DNA of 64,000 bases from Lama glama (taxonomy: Eukaryota), in the NCBI GenBank assembly GCA_028534125.1, contig CM052817.1:38628001-38692000 (forward strand), given 5' to 3'. Position 1 is the stretch's first letter, and each line of letters opens with the position of its first letter. Below, piece after piece: positions 63,901 through 64,000 of the stretch. Both the position numbers and the translations under genes were made by a program. The notes under the pieces were generated by a model that was not told the origin of the DNA, ran no database searches, and worked only from the letters and a program-made list of their open reading frames with translations.

Positions 63901-64000
63901 TCTTTAAAATTTTAAAATATAGAAGTTAATTTTCAAGTGTCATGACATTTCAAAAAGTTTCATTGTTACCTCTTATATTCCTTAAAGACATTTATGTTAT

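Noticed and set aside
1..64000. CRISPR arrays, operons, prokaryotic or viral defence systems, NUMTs, processed pseudogenes
   Set aside because: No spaced direct-repeat array, no dense coding structure, and no mitochondrial or mRNA-derived segment recognised; the sequence is typical mammalian non-coding DNA

Overview
AT-rich mammalian genomic DNA, most likely from a camelid. It carries two tRNA-Ala-derived, Vic-1-like SINEs and young cetartiodactyl-type L1 3' ends, and I saw no Alu, B1/B2, Bov-tA, PRE-1 or SINEC elements. I cannot support any host protein-coding gene: the only recognisable ORFs in the track are broken LINE-1 ORF2 fragments, and the rest look like chance ORFs. An apparent T/G excess on the + strand (judged by eye) and the mostly antisense L1s suggest a large intron of a + strand gene, which I cannot name. 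Much of the window is decayed mobile DNA: L1 of several ages, L2, MIR, MaLR LTRs, an ERVL-class internal remnant, and hAT and Tc-mariner MITEs. Many insertions have readable target-site duplications (TSDs) and several are nested. The most worthwhile leads are candidate small or poison exons (26.1, 37.6, 7.4 and 61.7 kb), an inverted pair of related young L1s able to form long dsRNA, an internally primed L1 and a twin-primed L1, and a repeat-free enhancer-like block at 32.4 kb. I found no convincing new biological system. Repeat family names come from recalled consensus motifs, not a database search, and boundaries without TSDs are approximate.
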